Positions 48,062 through 48,445 of a stretch of 48,445 nucleotides of DNA are shown in pieces. The notes under the pieces were generated by a model. The model searched no databases. It was not told where the DNA came from and saw nothing but the letters and a program-made list of their open reading frames with translations. The stretch lies in contig NC_069000.1 of the NCBI RefSeq assembly GCF_001194135.2, forward strand, positions 15,760,175 through 15,808,619, read 5' to 3'. The stretch's first letter is position 1. Every line of letters starts with the position of its first letter. Origin of the DNA: Octopus bimaculoides (taxonomy: Eukaryota). The translations under genes and the position numbers were made by a program.

Positions 48062-48445
48062 TTTTGTTGTTGGCACTCCGTCGCTTACGACGTCGAGGGT
48101 TCCAGTTGATCCGATCAACGGAACAGCCTGCTCGTGTAATTAACGTGCAAGTGGCTGAGCACTCCACAGACACGTGTACCCTTAACGTAGTTCTCGGGGA
48201 TATTCAGCGTGACACAGTGTGACAAGGCTGACCCTTTGAATTACAGGCACAACAGAAACAGGAAGAAAGAGTGAGAGAACGTTGTGGTGGAAGAGTACAG
48301 CAGGGTTCACCACCATCCCCTGCCGGAGTCTCATGAAACTTTAGGTGTTTTCGCTCAATAAACACTCACAACGCCCGGTCTGGAAATCGAAACCGCGATC
48401 CTTTGACCGCGAGTCCGCTGCCCTAACCACTAGGCCATTGCGCCT
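48062..48445 (-). mobile_element. SINE family B copy, reaches window edge
   Basis: Near-identical to 20014-20398. Confidence 0.88.

Overview
Repeat-rich, gapped eukaryotic scaffold. The SINE families and draft-assembly gaps suggest an octopus (inference, no search run). The main content is a minus-strand CCDC66-like centrosomal/ciliary coiled-coil gene. I reconstructed it by hand as 17 GT-AG exons that splice in frame (35803 to 5985; 2888 nt, about 960 codons), with both ends unresolved. It contains a tandemly duplicated symmetric exon pair (15726-15896 and 13584-13751). Also present: two divergent tRNA-Leu(TAG) genes; a truncated Penelope retroelement (GIY-YIG endonuclease plus terminal repeat with a minimal hammerhead-ribozyme fold); two decayed mariner transposases; an RTE LINE remnant; a broken SAP-domain ORF; several tRNA-derived SINE families; hAT, Tc1/pogo and piggyBac-like MITEs; a perfect 321-bp palindrome; a gap-spanning long inverted-repeat element; and many microsatellites. 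Most ORF-track entries are artefacts of N gaps, microsatellites or SINEs.
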